Numbered from the stretch's first letter, positions 7,906 to 17,116 are shown. The stretch: 64,000 nt of DNA from an uncultured Caulobacter sp. (GCA_913776195.1 CAJYMH010000035.1:1437-65436); one strand, 5' to 3'. Notes: generated by a model not told the origin, from the letters alone. Numbers and translations are program-made.

Positions 7906-10083
7906 ATGCAAAACCGACGCGAACTTCTGGCCTCGGCGGCCGCGATGGCCGCCTCTTCCGCACTCATTCCCGGTGAATCCATGTCCGCGTCGCCTGCCCT
8001 CCCCAAGCCCCCCGTCGCCAAGAAGGAACCCAAGCGCATCGAGCAGCTGGGCCGCGTCCGGACGGACGACTACGCCTGGATGAAGGACGACAACTGGCAG
8101 AAGGTCCTGCGCGACCCCAGCCTGATCAAGGCGGACGTCAAGGCGCACCTGACCGAGGAGAACGCCTACACCAAGGCCATGCTGGCCAAGACCGAACCGC
8201 TGCAGAAGGCGATGTTCGAGGAGATGAAGGGCCGGGTCAAAGAAGACGACGCCTCCGTCCCCGCCCCCGACGGTCCGTTCGAATACTACACCCGCTATAA
8301 TGTCGGGGCGCAGCACCCGATCTACGCCCGCAAGCCCAAGGGCGGCGGCGCGGAGGAAGTGCTGCTGGACGCCGACGCCCTGGCCAAGGGCAAGGCCTAT
8401 TCGGAGGTCGGCGCGGCCGACCACAGCCCCGACCACAAGCTGTTCGCCTATGCCGAGGACGCGCAGGGCTCGGAAGTCTTCAAGGTGTTCGTGAAGGACC
8501 TGGCGACCGGACAGATTCTGGCCGAGCCGGTGGAAAGCTCCACCGGCGACTTCACCTTCTCGCCCGACTCCCAGTGGCTGTTCTGGACCCATCGCGACGA
8601 CAACGGCCGGCCGGACAAGATCTATCGCCGCCCGGCGCGCGGCGGCGCCAAGGACGACGTGCTGGTCTATGAGGAGTCCGACGAGGGCTACTTCATCGGC
8701 ATCGGGCGCGTGGCGTCCGACCAGTTCCTGGTCATCAGCGCCGGCAACAACGACAGCTCCGAAGCCCTGATCATCCCGGCCAGCGACCCGACCGCCAAGC
8801 CCAAGGTGGTGGAGCCGCGCAAGGCCGGCGTCCGCTATGACGTCGAGCACTGGGACGGCGACTTCATCATCCGCACCAACGCCGGCGACGCGGTGGACTT
8901 CAAGCTGGTCCGCGCGCCGGTCTCCGACCCGTCAGCCAAGAACTGGAAAGAGTGGGTCGCCCACCGTCCGGGCACGCTGATCGTCGGGACCACCGCCTAT
9001 CAGAACCATTTCGTGCGGCTGGAGCGGGTCAACGCCAACACCCGCATCGTGGTCACCGAAAAGGGCGGCGCCGAGCATCCCATCGTCATGGACGAGGAAG
9101 CCTATGTCCTGTCGCTGGAGGGCGGGTACGAGTTCGACACCCCGGTGATGCGCTACGTCTATCAGTCGCCGACCACGCCGCGTCAGTGGTTCGACTACGA
9201 CATGGCCAAGCGCACCAAGGTGCTGCGCAAGACCCAGGAAATCCCCTCGGGCCACAACCCGGCCGACTACGTCACCAAGCGCCTGTACGCCAAGGCGCCG
9301 GACGGCGCGGACGTGCCGATCACCGTGCTGATGAAGAAGGGGACCAAGCTGGACGGCTCGGCTCCGCTGCTGCTCTACGGCTATGGCAGCTACGGCATCC
9401 CGATGGATCCCAGCTTCTCGATCCGCAACCTCAGCCTGGTGGACCGGGGCTGGATCTGGGCCACGGCCCACATCCGCGGCGGGTCGGAAAAGGGCTGGGG
9501 CTGGTTCCTGGACGGCAAGCGTTTCAAGAAGAAGAACACCTTCACCGACTTCATCGCCTGCGCCGAGCACCTGCATGCCAACGGCTACGGCGCCAAGGGG
9601 CGGACGGTGGCCTATGGCGGGTCGGCCGGGGGCCTGCTGATGGGCGCGGTGACCAACATGCGCCCGGACTTGTGGGCGGGCATCATCGGCGCCGTGCCGT
9701 TCGTGGACGTGATCAACACCATGAGCGACACGTCCTTGCCCCTCACCCCGCCGGAATGGCCCGAATGGGGCAACCCGATCGAGGACGCGGAAGCCTACGA
9801 CTACATGCTCAGCTACAGCCCCTACGACCAGATCGGGGCCAAGCCCTATCCGGCGGTGCTGGCCACCGGCGGCCTGTCGGACCCGCGCGTCACCTACTGG
9901 GAGCCGGAAAAGTGGGTCGCCAAGCTGCGCGACCACACCACCAGCACCAACCCCATCCTGCTGAAGATCAACATGGAGGCCGGCCACGGCGGTGCGAGCG
10001 GCCGGTTTGACTTCCTGAAGGAGATCGCCCTCGACTACGCCTTCGCGGTGTGGGCGGTCGAGAAGGGTTGGGAGAAGGCCTGA
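7906..10083 (+). CDS. ptrB: Oligopeptidase B (S9A peptidase)
   Basis: RTDDYAWM, YGYGSYG, GGSAGG nucleophile, DPRVTYWEP and AGHGG catalytic motifs. Confidence 0.93.
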   Translation: MQNRRELLASAAAMAASSALIPGESMSASPALPKPPVAKKEPKRIEQLGRVRTDDYAWMKDDNWQKVLRDPSLIKADVKAHLTEENAYTKAMLAKTEPLQKAMFEEMKGRVKEDDASVPAPDGPFEYYTRYNVGAQHPIYARKPKGGGAEEVLLDADALAKGKAYSEVGAADHSPDHKLFAYAEDAQGSEVFKVFVKDLATGQILAEPVESSTGDFTFSPDSQWLFWTHRDDNGRPDKIYRRPARGGAKDDVLVYEESDEGYFIGIGRVASDQFLVISAGNNDSSEALIIPASDPTAKPKVVEPRKAGVRYDVEHWDGDFIIRTNAGDAVDFKLVRAPVSDPSAKNWKEWVAHRPGTLIVGTTAYQNHFVRLERVNANTRIVVTEKGGAEHPIVMDEEAYVLSLEGGYEFDTPVMRYVYQSPTTPRQWFDYDMAKRTKVLRKTQEIPSGHNPADYVTKRLYAKAPDGADVPITVLMKKGTKLDGSAPLLLYGYGSYGIPMDPSFSIRNLSLVDRGWIWATAHIRGGSEKGWGWFLDGKRFKKKNTFTDFIACAEHLHANGYGAKGRTVAYGGSAGGLLMGAVTNMRPDLWAGIIGAVPFVDVINTMSDTSLPLTPPEWPEWGNPIEDAEAYDYMLSYSPYDQIGAKPYPAVLATGGLSDPRVTYWEPEKWVAKLRDHTTSTNPILLKINMEAGHGGASGRFDFLKEIALDYAFAVWAVEKGWEKA

Positions 10084-10487
10084 TGCGGATCACCGGCGGT
10101 TGTCTCTGCGGCGAGGTCCGCTACGAAGCGGAGGGGCCGCCGGCCTTCACGGGCCATTGCTACTGCGCCGACTGCCGCAAGGCGTCGGGCGGCGGCTTCA
10201 TCCCGTTCATGGGCTTCCCCGCCCAGGCGGTGCGGTTCAGCGGCATGACCCGTCAGTTCCGCTCCCGCGCCTTTCGCGGCGGGGACGCGGTGCGCAACTC
10301 CTGCGCCACCTGCGGAGGGTTGGTGTTCGGCGGCGTGGCGGGCGAGAGCGACAGCCACACCATCTACGCCGGCTCGCTGGATGACCCGAGCCTGTTCACG
10401 CCGCAGATCGCCATCTTCAACCGCGACCGCCCGGAGTGGGCTGCGCTGCCGCCGGACGTGGCGGTGTTCGAGACGATGCCGGACTGA
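10083..10487 (+). CDS. GFA/CENP-V family protein
   Basis: GGCLCGEVRY, HCYCADCRK and C..CG zinc ligands; TGATG coupling to ptrB. Confidence 0.92.
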   Translation: MRITGGCLCGEVRYEAEGPPAFTGHCYCADCRKASGGGFIPFMGFPAQAVRFSGMTRQFRSRAFRGGDAVRNSCATCGGLVFGGVAGESDSHTIYAGSLDDPSLFTPQIAIFNRDRPEWAALPPDVAVFETMPD

Positions 10488-10494
10488 GTTCGGG

Positions 10495-10638
10495 TTTGCT
10501 CCCCTAGCGAAAGCGTGCGGGGAAGGTGTATCGGCGCGTAGCGACGAGACGGAGGGGGCGTCCGCGCGCTCCGAGCCAAGTCGCGCCCCACCATGCTGAG
10601 CATGGTCCCCCTCCCCCCGTTGCACGGGGGAGGAGAAG
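10495..10638. repeat. REP/CIR-like element, family A (inverted relative to the 2536 copy)
   Basis: ccaccatgctgagcatggtccccctcccc..ggggaggagaa is the reverse complement of the left arm at 2536. Confidence 0.8.
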
Positions 10639-10655
10639 CGAGGATATGCAACGAC

Positions 10656-11201
10656 ATGAACATCCGCCCCGCCACACCCGCCGACGCCTCCGCCATCGCC
10701 GAGATTTACGCAGACGCCTGCCTGAACGGGTTCGGGACGTTCGAGGAGGTTCCGCCGTCCGCCGACGAGATCGCCACGCGCATGGCCGGGGTGCAGTCGC
10801 GCGGCCTGCCCTATCTGGTGGCCGAAGAGGACGGCGAGATCCTGGGCTACGCCTATGCCGGGCCGTTTCGGCTGCGGGCGGCCTATCGCTACACGGTGGA
10901 GGACAGCGTCTATGTCTCGCCGAAAGCCAAGGGCGAGGGCGTCGGCCGGGCTGTGCTGGGGGCGGTGCTGGACGCGTGCGCGGCCATGGGCCTGCGCCAG
11001 GTGATGGCGGTGATCGGCGACACCGGCAACGAAGGCTCCATCGGCCTGCACAAGGCCATGGGCTTCGAGCCGGTCGGGACCTTCCGCGACGTGGGCTACA
11101 AGAAGGAGCGATGGCTCGACATCGTGCTGATGCAGAAGAGCCTGAACGGCGGATCGGCGACCCCGCCGGACGCCGACGGCCTGAGCCTGAAGGGGTTCTA
11201 G
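10656..11201 (+). CDS. GNAT N-acetyltransferase, phosphinothricin/methionine sulfoximine acetyltransferase-like
   Basis: IRPAT..D, TFEEVPP, AYRYTVEDSVYV, SIGLHKAMGF, VGYK..RWLD. Confidence 0.92.
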   Translation: MNIRPATPADASAIAEIYADACLNGFGTFEEVPPSADEIATRMAGVQSRGLPYLVAEEDGEILGYAYAGPFRLRAAYRYTVEDSVYVSPKAKGEGVGRAVLGAVLDACAAMGLRQVMAVIGDTGNEGSIGLHKAMGFEPVGTFRDVGYKKERWLDIVLMQKSLNGGSATPPDADGLSLKGF

Positions 11202-11656
11202 AGCGAGCCCAGCTTCTCCGCCCTCGCCAGGTCCTTGGGCCGACCGAACAGGCGCAGAATTTCGATCTGCTCGGCCACATGGGGGATAAAGACCGTGACG
11301 TCACCCACCTCGACCGCGCGGCGGGTTTGCGGGCGCACAGGGACCCAGGCGCCGTTCGACAGCACCTCCAGGTCGCCCATGATCTCGATATCGAGGGGCG
11401 CGGCGCTGGTGGTGAAGAAGCAGGATCGGAAGCGGTCCCCGCCTGTCTTGCCGGCCGGGCGCGTCGCGTTCAGGGCGGCCGCGACAAGAGGCGCGTCGGC
11501 GGTCGAGGTGAGGACATCTACGTCCGCCACGACCACATCCTTTAGGCCCGCCAGGGCCATGGCCGCACTGCCGATCACCCACCACGGATCACGGCCGGCG
11601 GCGCAGGCGCGGGCGACGAGCGCGAGGCTGTCGGCGAGGTCCGGCGAAATGCGCAT
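11198..11656 (-). CDS. Hypothetical protein, nucleotidyltransferase-like (Pol-beta superfamily)
   Basis: WWVIGSAAMAL..ADVDVL (GS..DxD) motif and a C-terminal GRPKD. Confidence 0.65.
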   Translation of the reverse strand: MRISPDLADSLALVARACAAGRDPWWVIGSAAMALAGLKDVVVADVDVLTSTADAPLVAAALNATRPAGKTGGDRFRSCFFTTSAAPLDIEIMGDLEVLSNGAWVPVRPQTRRAVEVGDVTVFIPHVAEQIEILRLFGRPKDLARAEKLGSL

Positions 11657-11735
11657 GCGGGGTCGTTTCTATTCAAGAGCTGTCGCGTTCGGCTCCTAGG
11701 ATGCGCGCGGCATCCTTTGCAACGGGAGAGACATC

Positions 11736-12173
11736 ATGGCCCTGAAGATCAAGCGTCGCGGTTCGGTCGTCTGGAATGGCGGCATCAAGGACGGCAAGGG
11801 TTCGATCAACACCGAGAGCGGCGCCTTGAGCGCCTATCCCTACGGCTTCGCCAGCCGGTTCGAGGGCCAGGCGGGTTCGAACCCGGAAGAGCTGCTGGGC
11901 GCGGCCCACGCGGCCTGCTTCACCATGGCCCTGTCGCTGATCCTGGGCCAAGCCGGCTTCACCGCCGACAGCCTGGAGACCAGCGCCGAGGTCACTCTGG
12001 AGGAGCAGGACGGCGGCTACGCCATCACCGCCATCCACCTGACCCTGAAGGCCAAGATCCCGAATATCGACGCGGCGACGTTCGACGACCTGGCCGGCAA
12101 GGCCAAGGCCAACTGCCCGGTGTCCAAGGTGCTGAACGCGCAGATCAGCCTGACGAGCGAACTGGCTGGATAA
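11736..12173 (+). CDS. osmC: OsmC family peroxiredoxin
   Basis: NPEELLGAAHAACFTMAL and AKANCPVSK catalytic Cys pair. Confidence 0.95.
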   Translation: MALKIKRRGSVVWNGGIKDGKGSINTESGALSAYPYGFASRFEGQAGSNPEELLGAAHAACFTMALSLILGQAGFTADSLETSAEVTLEEQDGGYAITAIHLTLKAKIPNIDAATFDDLAGKAKANCPVSKVLNAQISLTSELAG

Positions 12174-12180
12174 AAGCGGA

Positions 12181-12207
12181 GGGCGGCCGGCGCGGTCGCC
12201 CTTTTTC
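12181..12207 (+). terminator. Intrinsic terminator after osmC
   Basis: gggcggccg-gcg-cggtcgccc stem followed by ttttt. Confidence 0.7.
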
Positions 12208-12280
12208 AGGCGAGCGACATCCCGACGCAGAGGCGGGCGGTCGCATCCCCGGGCACGGCGCAGCTTGCTAGAGGCGTGGC

Positions 12281-12481
12281 ATGGACCGCGCCTTTTCGAT
12301 CTTCGTGTACATCGGCCTGTTTCTCAGCGGGCTGCTCGGCCTGGCGTTCGTCGCCGGCGGAGCGGTGGTGCTGAATCGCGCCGACAAGATCAGTCTGATC
12401 GTGGCGGGGCTTACAATGCTGGCCGTCGGATCGTGGGGCTGCATCAAGGCCGTGCGTCAGGCTCTGGCCATCAGCCGCTAG
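12281..12481 (+). CDS. Small hypothetical membrane protein (2 TM)
   Basis: GAGG RBS, two hydrophobic helices, GC3-rich codons. Confidence 0.65.
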   Translation: MDRAFSIFVYIGLFLSGLLGLAFVAGGAVVLNRADKISLIVAGLTMLAVGSWGCIKAVRQALAISR

Positions 12482-12497
12482 CCTCAACGCCCCTCCC

Positions 12498-12581
12498 AAA
12501 AGAAAAGCCCGGCCGGAGCCGGGCTGGAGTCATTAGGGAGGAAACGCCCAGGAAGGGCATGACGCCTCGCGGCGTCGTGAT
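12498..12581 (-). ncRNA. suhB / alpha-r8 family sRNA (GsrN/MmgR-like)
   Basis: Minus strand has a 5' hairpin, then GCCCTTCCTGGGCGTTTCCTCCCTAATGACT (family core with anti-SD CCTCCC), then the terminator AGCCCGGC-TCCG-GCCGGGCT-TTTCTTTT. Confidence 0.8.
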
Positions 12582-12584
12582 CAG

Positions 12585-12612
12585 AAGTAGGGTGTTCGCG
12601 GCGGGGTTCAAG
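12585..12612 (-). promoter_or_regulatory. Putative sigma32 (RpoH)-type promoter for the sRNA
   Basis: CTTGAA-N14-CCCTACTT immediately upstream of the predicted 5' end. Confidence 0.45.
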
Positions 12613-12787
12613 AACCCTCGACGCCTTGCGGGCCAACCTGTTCCCACTGACCGGATTTCGATCAGATGCGCCCAAGGCGTGCGCAAAGCTTGGCCACAAG
12701 GCCCCGGGCGACCGGGCGAGAGTCGCGGGCGACGGATCTGACTATCTGGAAGCCGGTCCGACCGGCGGTCTCCCTCGAGGGGAGAAG

Positions 12788-12861
12788 TGGCTGGGGAACT
12801 AGGACTCGAACCTAGAATGACGGTACCAAAAACCGCAGTGTTACCATTACACCATTCCCCA
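12788..12861 (-). tRNA. tRNA-Gln (TTG)
   Basis: TGGGGAATGGTGTAATGGTAACACTGCGGTTTTTGGTACCGTCATTCTAGGTTCGAGTCCTAGTTCCCCAGCCA: cloverleaf, TTG anticodon, encoded CCA. Confidence 0.96.
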
Positions 12862-13026
12862 GCAGGAACGGCGAACACCCCGGGGGGCGTCGGCGAGGGC
12901 GTGGGAATAGCGCAGCCGATTTGAGGATGCAACGGTGCTGTGACGAGGTTTTGCGGATTTTCTCAAAGAGCGGTTTCTGTCGCTTGCGCCTCGATCCGCC
13001 CTCCCCTATAAGCCCCCTCCTCAAGT

Positions 13027-13103
13027 CGGAGTGTGGCTCAGTCTGGTAGAGCACCGCGTTCGGGACGCGGGGGTCGCAGGTTCGAATCCTGCCACTCCGA
13101 CCA
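13027..13103 (+). tRNA. tRNA-Pro (CGG)
   Basis: CGGAGTGTGGCTCAGTCTGGTAGAGCACCGCGTTCGGGACGCGG...GTTCGAATCCTGCCACTCCGACCA. Confidence 0.96.
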
Positions 13104-13162
13104 TCTTTCTCCCCTGAAAATTCAGCGATGTTTTCCCCGAAGGGGATTGCGCGCGCTTGCGC

Positions 13163-13197
13163 TTTTCTCCTGCCCCGTAGCGGGCGGGGCAGGAGAG
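13163..13197. repeat. Collapsed family A REP hairpin
   Basis: ctcctgccccg/cggggcaggag, identical to the terminal IR of the 2536 element. Confidence 0.6.
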
Positions 13198-13283
13198 AGC
13201 GACCATGGCTATTTGTTAATCGCGCGAGCCATTTCCTGTTGGCCGAATTCCTTTAGTTTGCGGCGCAGCAGACAGGACCCTTG

Positions 13284-15059
13284 ATGAAACAGTTTCTTCT
13301 GACCGTCGCCGGCGTATTCGTGGGCTTGGCCCTGTTCCTGATCGGGGTTCCGTTTCTGTTGATCGCCCTGGCCGCCGGCGCCGCCGCGCCGCCCGCCACG
13401 CCGGCTCACGCGGTGGTCAGCCTCGACCTGCGCCAGGGCATGAGCGACCAGGACAGCATGACCGCCCTGGCGGTGCTGGGCGGGCGCCCGTCGGTGATCT
13501 CCACCATCGAGACGCTGCGCCGGGCGGAGAAGGACGACAAGGTCGAGGCCCTGTTCGTGCGCCTGCCGGAAGGCGGCATGACCCCCGCCGCCGCCGACGA
13601 GCTGCGCGGCGCGTTCAAGCGCCTGCGCGCGGCCGGCAAAAAGGTGATCGTCCATAGCCAGGGGCTCTATCCCTCGGGCTTCGTCGCCTCGACCTATATG
13701 GTGGGCGCGGCCGCCGACGAGCTGTGGATGCAGCCGGGCGCGGCGTTCCAGGCCACCGGCGTGTTCAGCGAGGACATCTTCCTCAAGCGCCTGTTCGACA
13801 AGTACGGGGTGAAGCCGCAGTTCGCCCAGCGCGCCGAGTACAAGACGGCGATCAATCCCTATCTGCACGACGACTACACCCCGGCGCACCGGGAATCGCA
13901 GCTGTCGTGGATGGGCTCCATCTATGACAGCGCCCTCGCCGCCGTGGCCGCCGACCGCAAGAAGGACGCCGCGGCCCTGCGCCAGACCATCGAGGCCGGC
14001 CCGTACATGGCGGCTGACGCCCTGAACCTGGGCCTGATCGACAAGGTGGGCCAGGTGAAGGACGCCGAGAACGCGGCCCTCAAGGCCGCCGGCAAGGGCG
14101 CGGTGGTGGTGGCGTTCGAAGACTACGCCGCCCGCGCCCGCCGCAACGCCCCGACCCTGGGCGGCCAGGCCATCGCCGTGATCGGCGCCGAGGGCCCGAT
14201 CATGACCGGCACGGGCGCGCGGGGCAGCCCGTTCTCCACCGAGCAGGTGATCTATTCGGACGACGTGTCCAAGGCCTTCTACGACGCCATCAAGGATGAC
14301 GAGGTGAAGGCCATCGTCTTCCGAGTCTCTTCCCCCGGCGGGTCGGACACCGCGTCGGAGCAAATCCTGTCGGCGGTGCGCGCGGCCAAGGCGGCGGGCA
14401 AGCCGGTGGTGGTCTCCATGGGCGCCTATGCGGCCTCTGGCGGTTACTGGATCAGCTCAGAGGCCTCCTCCATTGTCAGCCAGCCTGGGACTCTGACCGG
14501 CTCCATCGGCGTGTACGGCGGCAAGTTCGCCGTCGGCGACGCCCTGGGCCGCTTCGGCGTCGATGCGCGCCAGCTGCAGATCGGCGGCGAGTACGCCGGG
14601 ACCTATTCGGCGGGCGAGGAATGGACCCCCGCCCAGCGCGCGGCTTACGAGCGCTGGATGGACAATACCTATGAGGGCTTCATCGACCGTGTGTCGCGCG
14701 GTCGCAACATCCCCGTCGACCGCGTGCGCGAGATCGCCAAGGGCCGCGTCTGGACCGGCGCCCAGGCCAAGGATCTGGGCCTGGTGGACCAGGTCGGCGG
14801 CTTCTATGACGCGGTGGAGCAGGCCAAGACCCTCGCCAAGCTGAAAGGCGATGTGCGCCTGAAGCGCGTGGGCGGCGCCAAGAGCCCGTTCGAGGCCTTG
14901 GAGCGCGCCTTCGGCGTCAGCGCCGACAGCGCCCGCGCCGTGGCCGCCGCCGGCTGGCTTCTGGGCGATCCGAACGCCAAGGCCATCATGGACGAAATGA
15001 TGGACGCCCGCCTGCGCAGCCAGGGCGCGACGGTGCTGGCGCCGCGGATGGTGGACTGA
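13284..15059 (+). CDS. sppA: Signal peptide peptidase SppA (protease IV, 67K type)
   Basis: N-terminal TM and two S49 domains; RVSSPGGS, SMGAYAASGGYWI, TGSIGV, AKGRVWTG. Confidence 0.95.
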   Translation: MKQFLLTVAGVFVGLALFLIGVPFLLIALAAGAAAPPATPAHAVVSLDLRQGMSDQDSMTALAVLGGRPSVISTIETLRRAEKDDKVEALFVRLPEGGMTPAAADELRGAFKRLRAAGKKVIVHSQGLYPSGFVASTYMVGAAADELWMQPGAAFQATGVFSEDIFLKRLFDKYGVKPQFAQRAEYKTAINPYLHDDYTPAHRESQLSWMGSIYDSALAAVAADRKKDAAALRQTIEAGPYMAADALNLGLIDKVGQVKDAENAALKAAGKGAVVVAFEDYAARARRNAPTLGGQAIAVIGAEGPIMTGTGARGSPFSTEQVIYSDDVSKAFYDAIKDDEVKAIVFRVSSPGGSDTASEQILSAVRAAKAAGKPVVVSMGAYAASGGYWISSEASSIVSQPGTLTGSIGVYGGKFAVGDALGRFGVDARQLQIGGEYAGTYSAGEEWTPAQRAAYERWMDNTYEGFIDRVSRGRNIPVDRVREIAKGRVWTGAQAKDLGLVDQVGGFYDAVEQAKTLAKLKGDVRLKRVGGAKSPFEALERAFGVSADSARAVAAAGWLLGDPNAKAIMDEMMDARLRSQGATVLAPRMVD

Positions 15060-15067
15060 TGCAGACG

Positions 15068-15100
15068 CCGCTCACCCTGGCGAAGAGCGGGGGTGAGCGG
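15068..15100. repeat. Collapsed family C REP hairpin (possible bidirectional terminator)
   Basis: ccgctcacc..ggtgagcgg ends match the elements at 35942 and 50466; lies between convergent genes. Confidence 0.55.
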
Positions 15101-15109
15101 CGTTGAGCG

Positions 15110-17116
15110 TCACCGCCCCGTGACGCTGTCGTCGTCGATGCGCAGGTCGCTGAGGGATACGCCGACCAGCTTGACGTACCAGTCGTTGCCAGTGTTCGCG
15201 GCGGTGTCGTTCCCGTAGATAAACACGCCCGAGCCGTCGGCTGCGTCGAAAGCGGTGAAGGTGAAGCTGTTCTGACCAGCGAGTTCGGTCTGCACCTTGG
15301 CGAATCGAGCCTCATCGGTTTCCGCGACGCCAATGAAGAAGGCGGCGGAGAGCGCATGATAGCCGTCCTGACTGCCTAGCTCGATCGCATCCTCGTCAGG
15401 GTCGAAATCCATAATCCGGGTGAGGGTCTTTAGCGCGCCCGAGGCGTCGAAACCGCCAATAGCGCTGTTGCTGTCCGCATCGATTCCGACGACGTCAGCC
15501 CCGGCGCTCAGGGCGATCGTGGTGGCTCTGTCGGAAACGAAGGCGATGTTGAGCAGGTCGTCGCCGTCGCCCATCCGGATCGTGTTCGTCGTCTCCTGCT
15601 GCATCAGGTAGGTCAGGCTGACGTCCTTGCTGATCGCCGACAGGTCGACTTCCCCTTCGTCGCCGCTAAATTCCACTCCCGTTCGAAGCGAATAGTCACC
15701 CTTGAAGACGATCTTGGACGCCGTCGTCTGGATGCGGTCAGTGGTCGTAGCGCCCTTGGCGATCACGGTAAGCGTATCTTCGAGATCACCTTCGGCGAAA
15801 ATTTCTTCAAGCTCCGAGGCGCCCAGGATGATCGTCGCGTCCTCGGAGGTGAACTCCATGCTGGCTGTTCCTGCGCTCGCGATCGTCACGGCCACGTCGC
15901 TATCGAGGTGCGTGACGCGGATCGACCTATTGGCGTGCCCAGCGAAGGTAAGCGACTTGAGGCCTTCGAAGATCTCACCGTCGATGACGTAGTTGTCGTC
16001 GCTGCTCGTCAGCACCACCGTCTCGAAGTTCTCCACCGAGGTCAGGGTATCGACGTTGGTGTCGAGCAGCAGATGGAGAATGTCGGCGCCCGCGCCGCCA
16101 TCGATCGTTATGTCGCCGCCGTCGGCTGCAGAGGTGAGCTCCAGAAAGGCGGCGTCATTGCCGCCGCCGAGATCGATCATTTGCGTGAAGCCGCCGACGG
16201 TGCCGATCTCCACAAACACGTCTAGCGAACCGATCCGGTCGCCGCCGTTGCCGGTCTGCATGACCACATTTCGGATGATCGCGGACACGTTGCCCGTCGC
16301 CGTGTCGTTGTTGTCGGAGAACTTGCCATTCGCGACCGTGAAGTCAGCGTCGTTCAACAACGCCACCGTATTCCCCGGAATGCCCGGCCCGCCCGAACCG
16401 CCGCCGCTGGTGACGTAGTCGTTGAGGTCGGTGTTGAACGTCGCCTCGCCGTCGATGACGGCCTGGTAGAAGTTGCTGACGCCGTTGGAATAGACGCCGA
16501 CCTTGGCCTTCACCGCCTCGGCCATGATGTAGCCGGCCATGGCGGCCTTCACGGCCAGGCCGTCGTGGATCGGCGCCGGAGCCCCGGGCGCCGCCGGCGG
16601 ATAGACGATGCTGGCGAAGTAGTTGGCGCGGGCGACGATGCCACCGATCGCGGCCTCCACATCGATGCCGGCCGCCTGGGCCTGTGCGACGCCGATGATC
16701 TGGTTGTAGAGCACCTCGGCCGTCTCTCGCATGGTCAGGGCGCCGTACTTGGTCTGGAAGGCGGTCTTGCCCTCGCCATGGACGCCCAGACTGACCGCGA
16801 AATTGATGAAGCGGTTTTCGAAGTTGAAGCCCTGGAAGTAGGCGTCGTTCAGGTCTGACGTGTTAGCCGTGCTGCTGACCAGATAGTCGAAGCCCGCCTC
16901 GGTGGGCAGCTTGCCGGTGAAGAACTGGTAGGTCAGGGCCGCCACGGTGGTGGTCCCGTCCGCCTGCTTCAGGATGTGGCCGTAGGCCTGCTCGTCGGTG
17001 ATCACCCCGTTCTGGCTGGCGACGGCCAGGTCCGACAGGATCAGCTTCTGCGCCGCCGAGGGCGTGACGCGGGTGACAGCCTCATAGGCGGCTTCGAGTT
17101 CGGCGATGGTGGCCAT
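15110..17116 (-). CDS. RsaA-like S-layer/surface protein: RsaA N-terminal anchor domain plus RTX/beta-helix region, 668 aa
   Basis: TYQFFTG..P..AGFDYLV.ST.NT.DLNDAY...FN.ENRFINF matches the recalled C. crescentus RsaA N-terminus. Has GGxGxD-like motifs (LGGGND, GGAGAD, MGDGDD), no Sec signal, and a CAGGAG RBS. Confidence 0.82.
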   Translation of the reverse strand: MATIAELEAAYEAVTRVTPSAAQKLILSDLAVASQNGVITDEQAYGHILKQADGTTTVAALTYQFFTGKLPTEAGFDYLVSSTANTSDLNDAYFQGFNFENRFINFAVSLGVHGEGKTAFQTKYGALTMRETAEVLYNQIIGVAQAQAAGIDVEAAIGGIVARANYFASIVYPPAAPGAPAPIHDGLAVKAAMAGYIMAEAVKAKVGVYSNGVSNFYQAVIDGEATFNTDLNDYVTSGGGSGGPGIPGNTVALLNDADFTVANGKFSDNNDTATGNVSAIIRNVVMQTGNGGDRIGSLDVFVEIGTVGGFTQMIDLGGGNDAAFLELTSAADGGDITIDGGAGADILHLLLDTNVDTLTSVENFETVVLTSSDDNYVIDGEIFEGLKSLTFAGHANRSIRVTHLDSDVAVTIASAGTASMEFTSEDATIILGASELEEIFAEGDLEDTLTVIAKGATTTDRIQTTASKIVFKGDYSLRTGVEFSGDEGEVDLSAISKDVSLTYLMQQETTNTIRMGDGDDLLNIAFVSDRATTIALSAGADVVGIDADSNSAIGGFDASGALKTLTRIMDFDPDEDAIELGSQDGYHALSAAFFIGVAETDEARFAKVQTELAGQNSFTFTAFDAADGSGVFIYGNDTAANTGNDWYVKLVGVSLSDLRIDDDSVTGR

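Noticed and set aside
10593-10655. N-terminal extension of the GNAT (MLSMVPLPPLHGGG) and the similar ORF extension 33210-34046 of pdxH
   Set aside because: These are read-throughs of REP DNA or antisense DnaJ; family-consistent starts are 10656 and 33209
12788-13200. Prophage or island integrated at tRNA-Gln/Pro (or at tRNA-Met, 48658)
   Set aside because: No integrase, and I found no duplicated tRNA 3' end in the window; flanking genes are housekeeping
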